A stretch of 64,000 nt of DNA from a virus (taxonomy: Duplodnaviria; Caudoviricetes), in IMG/VR virus record IMGVR_UViG_3300044723_007907, positions 1-64,000 of that record, one strand, 5' to 3'. The notes under the pieces were generated by a model. The model ran no database searches and was not told where the DNA came from. It was given only the letters and a program-made list of their open reading frames with translations. The translations under genes were made by a program, and so were the position numbers. Position 1 is the first letter of the stretch. Each line of letters begins with the position of its first letter. Positions 8,587-18,913 of the stretch are shown here, piece after piece.

Positions 8587-11500
8587 ATGGAAGAAAAGAT
8601 TGGTAAATTAATACAATCACTAACTGAACTTGTTGAGAAGTTAGATGATGTAACAACAGCTATTGCGGCGAGCTCAGAGGATTTCGATCCAACTGCTAGT
8701 GGGGATATTGATGCGTTTAAAAACAAAGACAAAGACAAAGATAAACAGAATGACAAGTTAGCTGATAAAATAGGTAAATACTTCAAGAAATCAGACAAAA
8801 AAGAACCTAGAAAAATATTACAAAAAGTCATGCCGGTGAGCATCGTCAATGTTGATAACAAAGCGTTGAAGCAACTCAAAACAATAATACCTGCTTCTAC
8901 TAACAACATTGATAAAGATGATGCACCAGAGAAAAAGAAAAAGTCGATGTTCGATTACTTGAAAACAGTCGGGTTGGGCGCACTTGCGTTGGTGATTGCT
9001 CCTGTCGTGGCGTTTTTCACCGCGATCAAAACTATCGGTAAAGAGGCGTGGTTCCTCAAATTGAAAGATTTTGTCAAGAACAGCAAATGGGGCAAAATGC
9101 TGGGTAGCGTTTTCAATTCAATCAAAAGCTCTTTCACGTCATTGTTGGGTAAATTTCCGAAACTATCCGGCATGGTGAGCAAATTGTTCGGTTCAAAATC
9201 CGGCATGTTAACGAAAGTTTTTGGCAAGATATCCACTATAGCCACGAAGATATTTGGACTGGTCAAAAACAGCAAGATAATATCCATCGCCGGTAAAGTT
9301 GGAAAACTCATGGGCAAGTTGTTCTTACCGGTTACAATAGTGTGGGGCTTGATCCAGACGGTGATGGGTGCTGTTGATGGATTCAAACAAGATGGTGTCG
9401 CAGGGGCTATCAAAGGTGGTGTTACTGCATTGTTTGATTTTTTAGTGGTTGATCTTGTTAAATTGATAACATCTATACCCGCGTGGATTTTAGACAAGAT
9501 CGGATTAAAAAACATGTCCAAGTCACTGATGGCTAGTGTTGATGGTATATTTGATAGTGTCAAAAAAATGTTTGGAGGAATTGTTGATGTTGTTGTGGGT
9601 GTTTTCACGCTTGATACGGAAAGAATGTGGCAAGGTGTGAAAGACTTGTTTGGAGGGAATGTGGATTTTGTGGCCTGGGCGTTAGGCACAGCTGTTGATC
9701 CGATTGTCAATTTTCTCAAGGACATTTTTAATTTCGGTGATCCTGACACACCGTTCAGCTTCAAGACTGACATTATAGACCCGGCCGTTGAGTCGATCAA
9801 GAATTGGTTCAAGAATCTTATCGCGCTTGGTAACACCGAAGGTGGTGACTGGAGTTTAACAAAATTTATCAATGAGGTTGAGAAAAAAGTTGTTGAGTTC
9901 TTCACCGGTATTTTTGAATGGGGTCGGAATGATGATGGTAGTTGGAGTCTGTCAACATTTGTGAGTGGAGCTTTCACCAAAGCAAAAGAATGGATCACCG
10001 GATTGTTTGATTGGGAAAAACTTTCTAGTTCGATCAAGGAAAAGACTACCTGGTTGAAAGATACTGTGTTAGGAGCATGGACAAGTGTAAAGGAGTGGTT
10101 TACCGGTCTGTTCGAATGGGCGGAACCTAATGATGAGGATGGTTTTATCGTTAGATCTGTGAAGAATGTGGTTAATAGTGTCAAGGAGTGGTTTGGTAAA
10201 ATGTTCAAGTTTGATAGTACAAGTTCAGTGATAACAAGCATGGTGAATGTCGCGACATTTTTACCCAATCTAGTAGTTTCCGGGTTGTCTGCTATCACAG
10301 CGTGGTTTTTAGAACTGTTTGGTTTTGATGATGCAGCTAGTGACGTGAAGGATTGGGAGTCAAAATTTAGCATCGGCGACATGATTGTTAACGCGGTAAC
10401 TTCTGTATGGAACTGGTTCACAGGATTGTTTCCTGACGAGTGGAGTTTTGAGATACCTGAAGGTTTGAGTAACATTGGCGGGTTCATATGGGACAAGATC
10501 AAAAGTGTGTGGTCTGGTGTTACTCAAATTTTTGACAAGATCGCGAACTTTGATATGAGTGGATTTATCAAAAACCAAATTAAAAGTGTACCAGGTGGTG
10601 AGTGGATGTACGATAAATTGTGGGGTGAGGAGGAAAAGGCTTTCGCAGAAGCAGAGAAAAAAGAGAAAAAAATTATAGACAAGGTGTCGGATGTTGCAGG
10701 GTTGAAGGACACTGATTATTCCAAGATGTTAAAGGAAGCACAATCGGAAATTAATAACAAGCTTGGTGGTGAAGGATATGCTGATCGATTTTCTGAAATT
10801 GCTGATGCAATTGATGATGCTATTGAGGATGGTGAGGGTGACTGGAAGAAAACAAAAAAATCCTTGCTCAAATCAGATCAGTTTGAAGCGATACTCAAGG
10901 CGCGTGGTATATCAGCAAAAGACACTGACAAAGTGAACGAGCTCATGAAAGAGATCGCATCAGGATATACCGACCAATGGGGAGCAGATGATGTTAACGA
11001 GAAAGGTCAAGCATTAAAGGAAGAATTCGGATTCAAAGTGGCTGGAACTGAGCTCGCAGAAGCCAAACAATCTGCCAGTACAGAAGCTATAAAAAAGGCG
11101 TTGTCTGATGCCGGGGTAACGTTAGGTGGGCAGAAAATATCAAGTGAACAGCTTGCCAGTGGACAATACGAGGTAACTGAATCAATGTACAACGAGTACA
11201 TGAATTTGAAGAAAAAGATAGAAACAACAAGTGATGCTGGCGAAAAAGCCGCACTACAACAATACATCAAAGGATTAGATGATGTTGGAGTTGGTAAGAT
11301 GATAAATCAAAACCGCCCGGTGGAGGAATTACCAAGCACGAACTTTAAGTTGGATGGCACCGCCAGATTATCAGCAGACATACCAACAATAGACACTGAT
11401 CAAGCGTCAGACGATATCAACTCCGCTGGTCAGAGCATAAACAAAGGCGCTCGACAGATAAACGAGACTGTTGGAGAACAATTTCCAAAACCGAACAGTC

Positions 11501-11853
11501 CGCATGCTTGGGAGTATTTACGGATGGCTGGTGAGAATATAAATGAAGGCTCGCGGAGGATATACGAACAATCAGAAGCGTACAAGAAGACCGCTGATGG
11601 TCTTGATAAAAATGCTAAAAAATCCAGTGATGAGCTGAGCAGCAAGGTCGATAAGATGATACATGTCATGACGGAGACAGCTAGTATACAGAAGAAAACT
11701 CTTGAAGTGCTAGAACAACATGGGCTGATCGACAAACAAGGAAATACCGTAGTTAACAGCGGTGGAAACACTACTAACGTTAACAATGTAACAGTGGAAT
11801 CTGATATAATGTCATTCAGAGACCGAGTTGTAGGGAGACTGTACAACAAGTGA
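8587..11853 (+). CDS. Tape measure protein
   Basis: 1088 aa, helical. Hydrophobic segments and periodic Trp/Phe repeats (WFTGLF, WFGKMF, WFLELF). Follows the hub chaperones. Confidence 0.8.
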   Translation: MEEKIGKLIQSLTELVEKLDDVTTAIAASSEDFDPTASGDIDAFKNKDKDKDKQNDKLADKIGKYFKKSDKKEPRKILQKVMPVSIVNVDNKALKQLKTIIPASTNNIDKDDAPEKKKKSMFDYLKTVGLGALALVIAPVVAFFTAIKTIGKEAWFLKLKDFVKNSKWGKMLGSVFNSIKSSFTSLLGKFPKLSGMVSKLFGSKSGMLTKVFGKISTIATKIFGLVKNSKIISIAGKVGKLMGKLFLPVTIVWGLIQTVMGAVDGFKQDGVAGAIKGGVTALFDFLVVDLVKLITSIPAWILDKIGLKNMSKSLMASVDGIFDSVKKMFGGIVDVVVGVFTLDTERMWQGVKDLFGGNVDFVAWALGTAVDPIVNFLKDIFNFGDPDTPFSFKTDIIDPAVESIKNWFKNLIALGNTEGGDWSLTKFINEVEKKVVEFFTGIFEWGRNDDGSWSLSTFVSGAFTKAKEWITGLFDWEKLSSSIKEKTTWLKDTVLGAWTSVKEWFTGLFEWAEPNDEDGFIVRSVKNVVNSVKEWFGKMFKFDSTSSVITSMVNVATFLPNLVVSGLSAITAWFLELFGFDDAASDVKDWESKFSIGDMIVNAVTSVWNWFTGLFPDEWSFEIPEGLSNIGGFIWDKIKSVWSGVTQIFDKIANFDMSGFIKNQIKSVPGGEWMYDKLWGEEEKAFAEAEKKEKKIIDKVSDVAGLKDTDYSKMLKEAQSEINNKLGGEGYADRFSEIADAIDDAIEDGEGDWKKTKKSLLKSDQFEAILKARGISAKDTDKVNELMKEIASGYTDQWGADDVNEKGQALKEEFGFKVAGTELAEAKQSASTEAIKKALSDAGVTLGGQKISSEQLASGQYEVTESMYNEYMNLKKKIETTSDAGEKAALQQYIKGLDDVGVGKMINQNRPVEELPSTNFKLDGTARLSADIPTIDTDQASDDINSAGQSINKGARQINETVGEQFPKPNSPHAWEYLRMAGENINEGSRRIYEQSEAYKKTADGLDKNAKKSSDELSSKVDKMIHVMTETASIQKKTLEVLEQHGLIDKQGNTVVNSGGNTTNVNNVTVESDIMSFRDRVVGRLYNK

Positions 11854-11864
11854 TAAATACTACT

Positions 11865-12299
11865 ATGCTAACAAAAGACACAGAGGTGGTCATTATGACC
11901 AACGAGACTCAGGTTTCGACAAATATCGCGATTTTGCTCGACATGATCACCACACAAGATGTAATCGAGATTGCATCGTACGACTCGAAAAAAGTCGCTG
12001 CAACTGTGTCTAGTGTGAGGACGTCTGACTGTAAGGATTTTGTGTATATCAAGTGTGAGCAAGGTGACACTCTTGTACTGACACACGACCATAAGATATA
12101 CATACCAGAAACCAAACAATGGACGCGCGCTGATTGTGTGACAAAAGGAACCAAGCTGCTCAAACATGATGGTACTAAATCCACAATACAGGCATGCCAT
12201 GTGATATCCGATGTAGCACCAAGCCGCGTATATTCTCTAGCTGTAACACCAACACAATGCTATTTTGCAAACAACATATTAGTACATAACGAGTCTTAA
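11865..12299 (+). CDS. Free-standing Hint (intein-like) domain protein, 144 aa
   Basis: Block A-like MLTKDTEV, block B LTHDHKI, block F/G VYSLAV...YFANNILVHN-ES. Start reassigned to ATG 11865 behind late promoter TAAATA at 11854-11859. Confidence 0.85.
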   Translation: MLTKDTEVVIMTNETQVSTNIAILLDMITTQDVIEIASYDSKKVAATVSSVRTSDCKDFVYIKCEQGDTLVLTHDHKIYIPETKQWTRADCVTKGTKLLKHDGTKSTIQACHVISDVAPSRVYSLAVTPTQCYFANNILVHNES

Positions 12300-12301
12300 T
12301 C

Positions 12302-13594
12302 ATGTCTATACAAGATACAACATTTCGTGCCAATCCAAACACCGGACAAATAGAAGAATATGATGATTTGCAAATCTCCGGAGCAACTGAATCTACAAGC
12401 TTCTACTGGTTCATGTCATATCCCAAGCGCGCCATGCTTGAGGGTAGCACGTCAGAAGAAGCTCAACAAGATCTAGGTCAATGGATGAAGAATGTTGGTG
12501 GATATGGTCCATCTCCCACACTGCTACCGATAAATCGAGGAATTGCAGCTGCGGAAAATAATCATGTAACTAAGAATTCAGAGCAACCATCTGTACTTGT
12601 GAATGTACGTGACAATCACCACTGGACAGAATCACCTGTATCATCTCGGAGAGAGGTGCCCATGTTGAATGTAAAAGAGTATAAGATTTTAACTAATACT
12701 GCGCTCAATCAAATGCTCAACATGGGGATGGCTGCGATCGCGAGCGCTGGTGATGCTGCGGAAGGAATGAAAAAGGTGTTTAGTACCATTACAGAGGGAA
12801 GTTACGAACAAGCAGTGAAGAATATCGGTGCAAAGGTAGATGGAGGGGTGAACAATTTAGGTAATGAAAAGACATATTATGACCCAATGAACCCGTATGG
12901 TTTGTTATACACTACATCCAAAACCGGTTTTAGGTACACATTTCCATACATGCAAGACAGTTACATTAACAATAGTAGTTCATTTGGTTCAACTGGTGGT
13001 GGAACCAAATTAACACAAGCTTTAACTGATTTTGCTGAAGGTGCGAACGAAGTGGCGGCCTGGGCAAGCATGAGCAAGTTGACCGCTCCTGGTCGAATGA
13101 TTGAAACACCAAAAGGATTTACATTTGACGGACGGGAAAAATCCTACACAGTTACATTTCCATTATTCAACACTAAGTCATATGGTGAAATTGTACGAAA
13201 CTGGCAGTTTTTATATCTATTATCATATCAAAACACACCTAATCGTGTTAGTAGGGATTTGATTGATCCTCCGTGTATATATGAATCATACATCCCGGGA
13301 GTTTGGTATAGTAAATACTCAGCGCTCACAAATATGACAGTTGATTTTGTTGGAGCGCGAAGGGAGATGTACATTCCTGTCAAAGTGATTGATCATGCTG
13401 ATAAAGGTCAGAACCGGCAGACTGCCACAGGTAATTGGATCGAGAGTAACCGAAAAACTTTAGCAGTCATACCAGACGCGTATAATGTCACATTGACGTT
13501 CACAGAGTTGTTTTCTGAGACTCAAAACTTTAAATATCAGATGTTACGTGAATCAATGAATGATATAGTTAAAACTGGTACAATCAAGCGATGA
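12302..13594 (+). CDS. Baseplate tail-tube cap (gp48-like)
   Basis: FTFDGREKSYTVTFPLFN...DPPCIYESYIPG...LTNMTVDF...LTFTE tube-cap-like domain. Precedes the gp53-like gene. Confidence 0.55.
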   Translation: MSIQDTTFRANPNTGQIEEYDDLQISGATESTSFYWFMSYPKRAMLEGSTSEEAQQDLGQWMKNVGGYGPSPTLLPINRGIAAAENNHVTKNSEQPSVLVNVRDNHHWTESPVSSRREVPMLNVKEYKILTNTALNQMLNMGMAAIASAGDAAEGMKKVFSTITEGSYEQAVKNIGAKVDGGVNNLGNEKTYYDPMNPYGLLYTTSKTGFRYTFPYMQDSYINNSSSFGSTGGGTKLTQALTDFAEGANEVAAWASMSKLTAPGRMIETPKGFTFDGREKSYTVTFPLFNTKSYGEIVRNWQFLYLLSYQNTPNRVSRDLIDPPCIYESYIPGVWYSKYSALTNMTVDFVGARREMYIPVKVIDHADKGQNRQTATGNWIESNRKTLAVIPDAYNVTLTFTELFSETQNFKYQMLRESMNDIVKTGTIKR

Positions 13595-13971
13595 GTGAGG
13601 CAATAAAGTATAATAAGTACGAAGTTGCAGTGTTACTCAAACTGTCAAAAAACCAAGAATTTAATCTTGATAGGATTTTTGATGTGTACAAACAGCAAGG
13701 AGGTAAACACTTCTACTATAATTTGTTCAACACAATCAAGTTCCCGGATGAAATGGTATCTGGTGGATTCGATGTGTATTATACAAAATCCGAAGAGCCG
13801 TGGACTGTGATATCATATAAACATTTTGGTAGAATTGATTTATGGTGGTTGATAGCATGTATCAACAAGATTAAAAATACATTTTTACTACCTGAGCCTG
13901 GTACTCGATTGTTGATACCGACAGGGCAAATGGTACGAGCTATTATAGATGAAATAAAACTAAAGATATGA
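13591..13971 (+). CDS. gp53: Baseplate wedge protein (gp53-like, LysM-like)
   Basis: YYTKSEEPWTVISYKHFGRIDLWWLIACINKI...PGTRLLIP. Confidence 0.8.
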   Translation: MSEAIKYNKYEVAVLLKLSKNQEFNLDRIFDVYKQQGGKHFYYNLFNTIKFPDEMVSGGFDVYYTKSEEPWTVISYKHFGRIDLWWLIACINKIKNTFLLPEPGTRLLIPTGQMVRAIIDEIKLKI

Positions 13972-15626
13972 GTGGTGTTCTTGATTATTATGAGATATTA
14001 ATAGATTCTCTAAATCTTGATGTCGGTAATCCGAAGCGTATCGAGCAATTTGATGACAGAAGATTTCAGTTCGGTGTGTATCTAATCAACCCGGATTCCA
14101 GAGCTATAAAAATCCGGAAAGGATTTATTGACGAACTGATAATAGAGGATGACATATTAGACTGGTTTCATAAAGGAACCATGACGTTTAAAAATCCAGA
14201 TGATATAATTGAACGAGTTTCGAGTCAGATGGCATCTGATACACCTAGATCCGACACAGTTGATATAAGATCATATAGATTCAGAGGAGACGCTAGAGAC
14301 ATGCTCTACATTCAGATGGAACCACATTTGGCTAGTGATGAACATGAGGTACCAGAAGAGAAAATCGGTAGCATGGTTCATAGTATGAGATTTTTATTCA
14401 CCATATATGCTATTGAAGACATAACACCGAGTGATGTAAAAAAAGATAAATTACAAAAAGTATACTTTCATGATTATCGACTACAAATGCTCCGGGAGAA
14501 GAATCTGTATTATAGCACTGCAAAAAATATACAGCAAGCCTCCGGAGCACATGTTGATCGACAGACACACGTGAACCACTTGAGTGATACCGACCGTGCG
14601 AAAAATACAGGAGAGATAATACAAGACTTGCTCGGAGCAGCATTGCTCACAGAAGACACGAAGGGATTGTTTTCAACACACTGGGAATTTGGTGACAATA
14701 AAATGTTTTATACCAGTCCAGCCGGGCATAAAGCGATAGATGATATTAATTATGTGCTCGATCGTCATGTGAGTTCCGGTGGAAACAACAACCAACCATG
14801 TATTCTCAAATTGCAGAGATACACAGAACGTTGGGAGTTGTTACCCATAACAAAATACTTTTCTCGAGCACTTGACGATAACAAAGGTCCCGGACCATAT
14901 CAATCCGAATATTTCACATTATCGTTTGATTCTGAAGCTGATCCAAATGAAATACCACCGGCATCAAAAACATTCGGTGGTGATAGATCTAGTCCGATGA
15001 TCAATTATCATTTCCCGGATATTTCAGTGATCGATAGCTATGTGTTTAATGAAATAAATGGTGTTGATTGTCAAGAGATTTTAAACAGTGTGGCTGTTCA
15101 TAGATATGATGAAAGTAGTAAAAAGTTTAGTGTTGATTTAAACGAAGGTAATTTATTAAATGTCTATAATCAGTTTCAGAGCATGTTTATAAATCACACG
15201 TTCGGAGGTGATGGAGGTCATGGTTACACTAGCTGGTTGCCTGATTCAACTAGAAATACAAACTTAAACATATCGGTAGAGTCTAGCTGGACGCCAGACA
15301 AGACCGCGAGCTTGAGTGTCGGTCGAAATAAAAAATTATTGGCAGCATTTCTACTTGGTAATTCCATACAATTCAATTCCAAAGGCAACACAGCTCGCCG
15401 ATCAGGTGTATGGATCGCGATCGATCGATCAAACAACTATATTGATAGTGATTATGAATCAAAAGTACTCGGTCAATATTTCGTGACACGTGTTACACAT
15501 CGCATCACAGCACAAGGATATACAAACACAATTTTAGGGATCAAACCATTCATGTATGACACTCCGGATGAGAGGTTCAATATTATTGATATATTTGGTA
15601 AAGACCCCGAAAAAATAACAACCTGA
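13968..15626 (+). CDS. Baseplate hub protein (gp27-like)
   Basis: C-terminal GNTARRSGVWIAI...GQYFVTRVTHRI typical of gp27/late-control-D hubs. Position fits. Confidence 0.6.
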   Translation: MSGVLDYYEILIDSLNLDVGNPKRIEQFDDRRFQFGVYLINPDSRAIKIRKGFIDELIIEDDILDWFHKGTMTFKNPDDIIERVSSQMASDTPRSDTVDIRSYRFRGDARDMLYIQMEPHLASDEHEVPEEKIGSMVHSMRFLFTIYAIEDITPSDVKKDKLQKVYFHDYRLQMLREKNLYYSTAKNIQQASGAHVDRQTHVNHLSDTDRAKNTGEIIQDLLGAALLTEDTKGLFSTHWEFGDNKMFYTSPAGHKAIDDINYVLDRHVSSGGNNNQPCILKLQRYTERWELLPITKYFSRALDDNKGPGPYQSEYFTLSFDSEADPNEIPPASKTFGGDRSSPMINYHFPDISVIDSYVFNEINGVDCQEILNSVAVHRYDESSKKFSVDLNEGNLLNVYNQFQSMFINHTFGGDGGHGYTSWLPDSTRNTNLNISVESSWTPDKTASLSVGRNKKLLAAFLLGNSIQFNSKGNTARRSGVWIAIDRSNNYIDSDYESKVLGQYFVTRVTHRITAQGYTNTILGIKPFMYDTPDERFNIIDIFGKDPEKITT

Positions 15627-16882
15627 TGACATTACAAACAACAGACCCGAGTTTTATTGACGTAAATCTAGCCACCTCGCTAGACTTTCAGATACATCTA
15701 TCTGATTATATTGATTTGGTAACCGAGCTAGCAGATGAAGTGGCATTAAATATAAACTACTGGCATACTGACGCACATAGCGATCCAACGACTAGTAAAA
15801 TAGAATTTTACAAACAGCTCAATGCCGGTAATTTTGATCTCAAGTCCTCAAAAGACGGTGTGACCAAGAGAGATGTAACTGACAAGCAACTGCTCAACAA
15901 GAATTATAGAGATCAACTACCAGATCAACTCAAGATAAAAACAGCATCTGGTAACAAATATGATGAACCTAAACTAATCGGTGATGATCAAATAGAGGTA
16001 CAAACAACAGTTACTACGCGAAAATGGACTGGCGATCCGGACATACAATCTGTAGGTAAGTGGGAAATAGAAACAACCACAACTGACAGCAAACAGCCTG
16101 TAACACCGATATTAGATATTCAAAAAACACCACCAACAATTTCTTCCGCTTTTGGTATGAAAGATTTGTCTGCATGGTTCAAATTGTGGTGGATGGATAA
16201 ATTCACAACAGCACACGATGTTGTGAAGCAGGATTTGATCGAGTTGTTAGGTGATGATAATGAATATTTTGTTAATTTTAGTGAGAGTGTTGGTCAGCTT
16301 AAAAATATAAATGATACATTCGATACAAGCACCTTACCGGTGTGGGACACAGAGGTACAAGCCTATGGATCTACATACTCAATACCCACAACAATCGCAG
16401 GAGTGGCTAAATATTGTACTCGCAGTGAATCCATTGCATTCAATGATCAGCTATCAAAACATACCAACAAGATATTTCGTGTCAATGTAGCTAATATGAT
16501 GGAGGATGCTAGCAGAGACGAGCTTGTCACCGGTGTTATGCCAAGCTTCTCAACAGATAGTCATGGTAATAATTTTGTCAATGATCAATTACATTTTGAC
16601 AGAATGTATCAACAGGTTGAAGTGGTTGATGCCGCGATAAGAGAACACTTAAAGGGGTTGTATGATGTATTGATGTTGTTGAGTGATAGAGAAAATTATA
16701 TGGTTGTCAACAAACCCAAACAAATCATGATGAAAGTAGAGGATTTCACATTAGCGGTAGATTTATTCAAGAACAGAATAAAATCATACGAATTGACGGA
16801 TGATGATATAACGGTCAGTAGATACGGAAAACCGGCCGGATACACCAACAACAGTACAAATGATAGCAATTTAGCGGTTTAA
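15626..16882 (+). CDS. Hypothetical protein, probably structural
   Basis: 418-aa ORF translationally coupled to the hub gene. No recognisable motif. Confidence 0.5.
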   Translation: MTLQTTDPSFIDVNLATSLDFQIHLSDYIDLVTELADEVALNINYWHTDAHSDPTTSKIEFYKQLNAGNFDLKSSKDGVTKRDVTDKQLLNKNYRDQLPDQLKIKTASGNKYDEPKLIGDDQIEVQTTVTTRKWTGDPDIQSVGKWEIETTTTDSKQPVTPILDIQKTPPTISSAFGMKDLSAWFKLWWMDKFTTAHDVVKQDLIELLGDDNEYFVNFSESVGQLKNINDTFDTSTLPVWDTEVQAYGSTYSIPTTIAGVAKYCTRSESIAFNDQLSKHTNKIFRVNVANMMEDASRDELVTGVMPSFSTDSHGNNFVNDQLHFDRMYQQVEVVDAAIREHLKGLYDVLMLLSDRENYMVVNKPKQIMMKVEDFTLAVDLFKNRIKSYELTDDDITVSRYGKPAGYTNNSTNDSNLAV

Positions 16883-17343
16883 TCACTATCAGAAATCTCC
16901 GCGTCAACATCAATCAAATCTCCAGAGTTGAACAATTGTTCCATGATCTCTTCTCTGGTGAATGTACTCTTTTCTTCTTTGCTATTAGCGAGAGCTTGCT
17001 TGGATTGTATGTCCATTGTTTTAACGGTGATCTGAGCATCAGCGCGCTGTTGCTGTATCAGTATCTTGTTTAGCGCTTCAATCGCACCAGTACTTGCTTT
17101 GTACAGCTCAGCTAATGAATGTACGTCCTCTGGTTCTGGTGCACTAATTATATACTCTTTTATACTATCGATTGTCTGCATACTGTCTTGTATTAACCTG
17201 CCAGTGTTGTTCAAAACAAATTGCTCCAAATCTTTTTTATCAAGTACAAATGGTTCCTTTTGTACCTGTTTAGCCATCTTAGTAGAATCTTTGAGTTGTT
17301 CTAATAGTGACTTAACGTCTTGCTTGTCCATTTCTTCGTCCAT
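16879..17343 (-). CDS. Probable terminase small subunit (gp16-like)
   Basis: Helical PEDVHSLAELYKASTGAIEALNKIL...STFTREEIMEQL parallels gp16 of marine T4-like phages. Late promoter TATAAATA at 17351-17358 (minus strand). Confidence 0.5.
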   Translation of the reverse strand: MDEEMDKQDVKSLLEQLKDSTKMAKQVQKEPFVLDKKDLEQFVLNNTGRLIQDSMQTIDSIKEYIISAPEPEDVHSLAELYKASTGAIEALNKILIQQQRADAQITVKTMDIQSKQALANSKEEKSTFTREEIMEQLFNSGDLIDVDAEISDSD

Positions 17344-17366
17344 GTAATTATATTTATAATAAGTTG

Positions 17367-17395
17367 TTGAAAAACAAAGACTGATATATTATAAT
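17367..17395 (+). promoter_or_regulatory. Sigma70-type early promoter
   Basis: TTGAAA-17 nt-TATAAT, 6 nt before ATG 17402. Confidence 0.75.
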
Positions 17396-17401
17396 AAAAA
17401 T

Positions 17402-17551
17402 ATGATAACTGTAGAAGTACAAGGCCATGGATCATTTGTTATACATAATGACAAATTAAACGATTTGTTGAGCTGGTTAAGATCGAATTCGATGCCAGTG
17501 GAGGTTAATGTTCGTCCTCTGAGAGATGATGAAACGTTATTAAACGGATGA
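17402..17551 (+). CDS. Small hypothetical protein (49 aa, not in ORF track)
   Basis: MITVEVQGHGSFVIHNDKLNDLLSWLRSNSMPVEVNVRPLRDDETLLNG. Follows the promoter and has an ATGA overlap with dUTPase. Confidence 0.65.
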   Translation: MITVEVQGHGSFVIHNDKLNDLLSWLRSNSMPVEVNVRPLRDDETLLNG

Positions 17552-17985
17552 TTGTAAAACTTAAAAAAACACATCAAGACGCTGTGCTACCGACAGCAAA
17601 CAACAAAGAACTTGAGACTGGTGATACTGGATTCGATCTAGTAGCAGTTGAGGATAGATATGTCGATTCGCGTGGTTCATCAGTAGTACCTGTAGGTTTA
17701 ACGCTAGCGGATATCACTCCAGGTTACTGGATCCGGATCGAACCTAGAAGTGGTCTAGGATTCAAACATAACATTCAACCACATCTAGGTGTTATTGATA
17801 ATGGTTATAGGGGTGATTTGGGTGTCAAGTTGTACAATTTCAGTGATGTGGGCTACCATGTTAACAAAGGTGACAAGATAGCTCAGCTAGTTGTTTACGA
17901 ATTGATCCAACCGGTGTTCGAATTTGTTGATCAAGTTACAGACACATCCCGCGGGGAACGAGGATTTGGTTCCTCTGGCGTGTAA
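17548..17985 (+). CDS. dut: dUTPase (trimeric)
   Basis: Motifs GFDL, PRSGL, GVIDNGYRG, KIAQL, RGERGFGSSG. Confidence 0.97.
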   Translation: MIVKLKKTHQDAVLPTANNKELETGDTGFDLVAVEDRYVDSRGSSVVPVGLTLADITPGYWIRIEPRSGLGFKHNIQPHLGVIDNGYRGDLGVKLYNFSDVGYHVNKGDKIAQLVVYELIQPVFEFVDQVTDTSRGERGFGSSGV

Positions 17986-17989
17986 TTAT

Positions 17990-18913
17990 ATGTTTGATAA
18001 TCTTTGGATTGAGAAATATCGACCGACTAAATTAGTCGATATAATTCTAAGCGATTCGAATCGCCGTGTATTAACTAAATTCGATGAGCAAAAAGAGATA
18101 CCCAATCTTTTGTTTGTGGGTCATGCTGGTATCGGCAAGACAAGTTTAGCTAAATTGCTTTGTAAAGATGTATTACAATGTCAATACTTGTATATAAATG
18201 CGAGTGATGAAAATGGTATTGATACAATACGGACCAAGGTTACCAATTTTGCTAGGACTAAGAGTTTTGACGGTAAAATTAAGTGTATCATACTAGATGA
18301 AACAGATGGGCTGAGTTTGGATGCTCAGAGAGCGTTGAGAAACACCATGGAGGAACACTCCTCAATCACTAGATTCATACTCACAGCAAACTATAAACAT
18401 AGAATAATACCACCTCTACTGAGTCGCTGTCAGTCTTTGGATCTGACACCTCCACCGGATTTGTGCATTGATAGGATCAAGAAAATATTAGAGCTTGAGC
18501 AGATTGAAGTGTCTGAATTTGAAAAGCTACACACTTATGTTAAGACATGCTTACCTGATTTGAGAAGATGTATAAATGAAATACAAAAAAATACACATCA
18601 AGGTAAGTTGTTTTTAAATGAACTAGTCAAGGTCAAGGATGCATTTGTAGAGAGTTTATATAATATCACGCGTCAAGGTTTGGCGATAAAGGCTCGGAAG
18701 AAGGTCATTGAAAATGAACATGTGTTCGGTGGTGATTATAATGAGTTACTTAGATCCTTGTTTAATTATGTAGATGAGGCCCCTGGTGTGAACGATTTAA
18801 AGAAATCTGAACACATGTTGATAGTGTCGGAGCATATATATAGATCCGCGTTTGTCGCAGATCCTGAAATTAACTTTTATAGTTGTTTGTTAACTTTATC
18901 TACCAACAAGTGA
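17990..18913 (+). CDS. gp44: Sliding clamp loader ATPase subunit (gp44/RFC-like)
   Basis: LWIEKYRP, Walker A GHAGIGKT, Walker B ILDETD, SRC motif. Start set at MFDNLW (17990). Confidence 0.95.
   Translation: MFDNLWIEKYRPTKLVDIILSDSNRRVLTKFDEQKEIPNLLFVGHAGIGKTSLAKLLCKDVLQCQYLYINASDENGIDTIRTKVTNFARTKSFDGKIKCIILDETDGLSLDAQRALRNTMEEHSSITRFILTANYKHRIIPPLLSRCQSLDLTPPPDLCIDRIKKILELEQIEVSEFEKLHTYVKTCLPDLRRCINEIQKNTHQGKLFLNELVKVKDAFVESLYNITRQGLAIKARKKVIENEHVFGGDYNELLRSLFNYVDEAPGVNDLKKSEHMLIVSEHIYRSAFVADPEINFYSCLLTLSTNK

Noticed and set aside
8955-10502. 515-aa minus-strand ORF
   Set aside because: Antisense shadow of the tape measure gene, with no motifs and no promoter.
11802-11867. Possible -1 frameshift fusing the tape measure protein to the Hint domain
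   Set aside because: The Hint frame is open only from 11805, there is no canonical slippery heptamer, and a dedicated late promoter explains independent expression.
17924-17989. Extended N-termini in the ORF track for gp44, and similarly for 11850, 46837, 48615, 48697, 49698, 50239, 51663 and 53435
   Set aside because: Downstream starts fit promoter positions, gene overlaps and family N-termini better.
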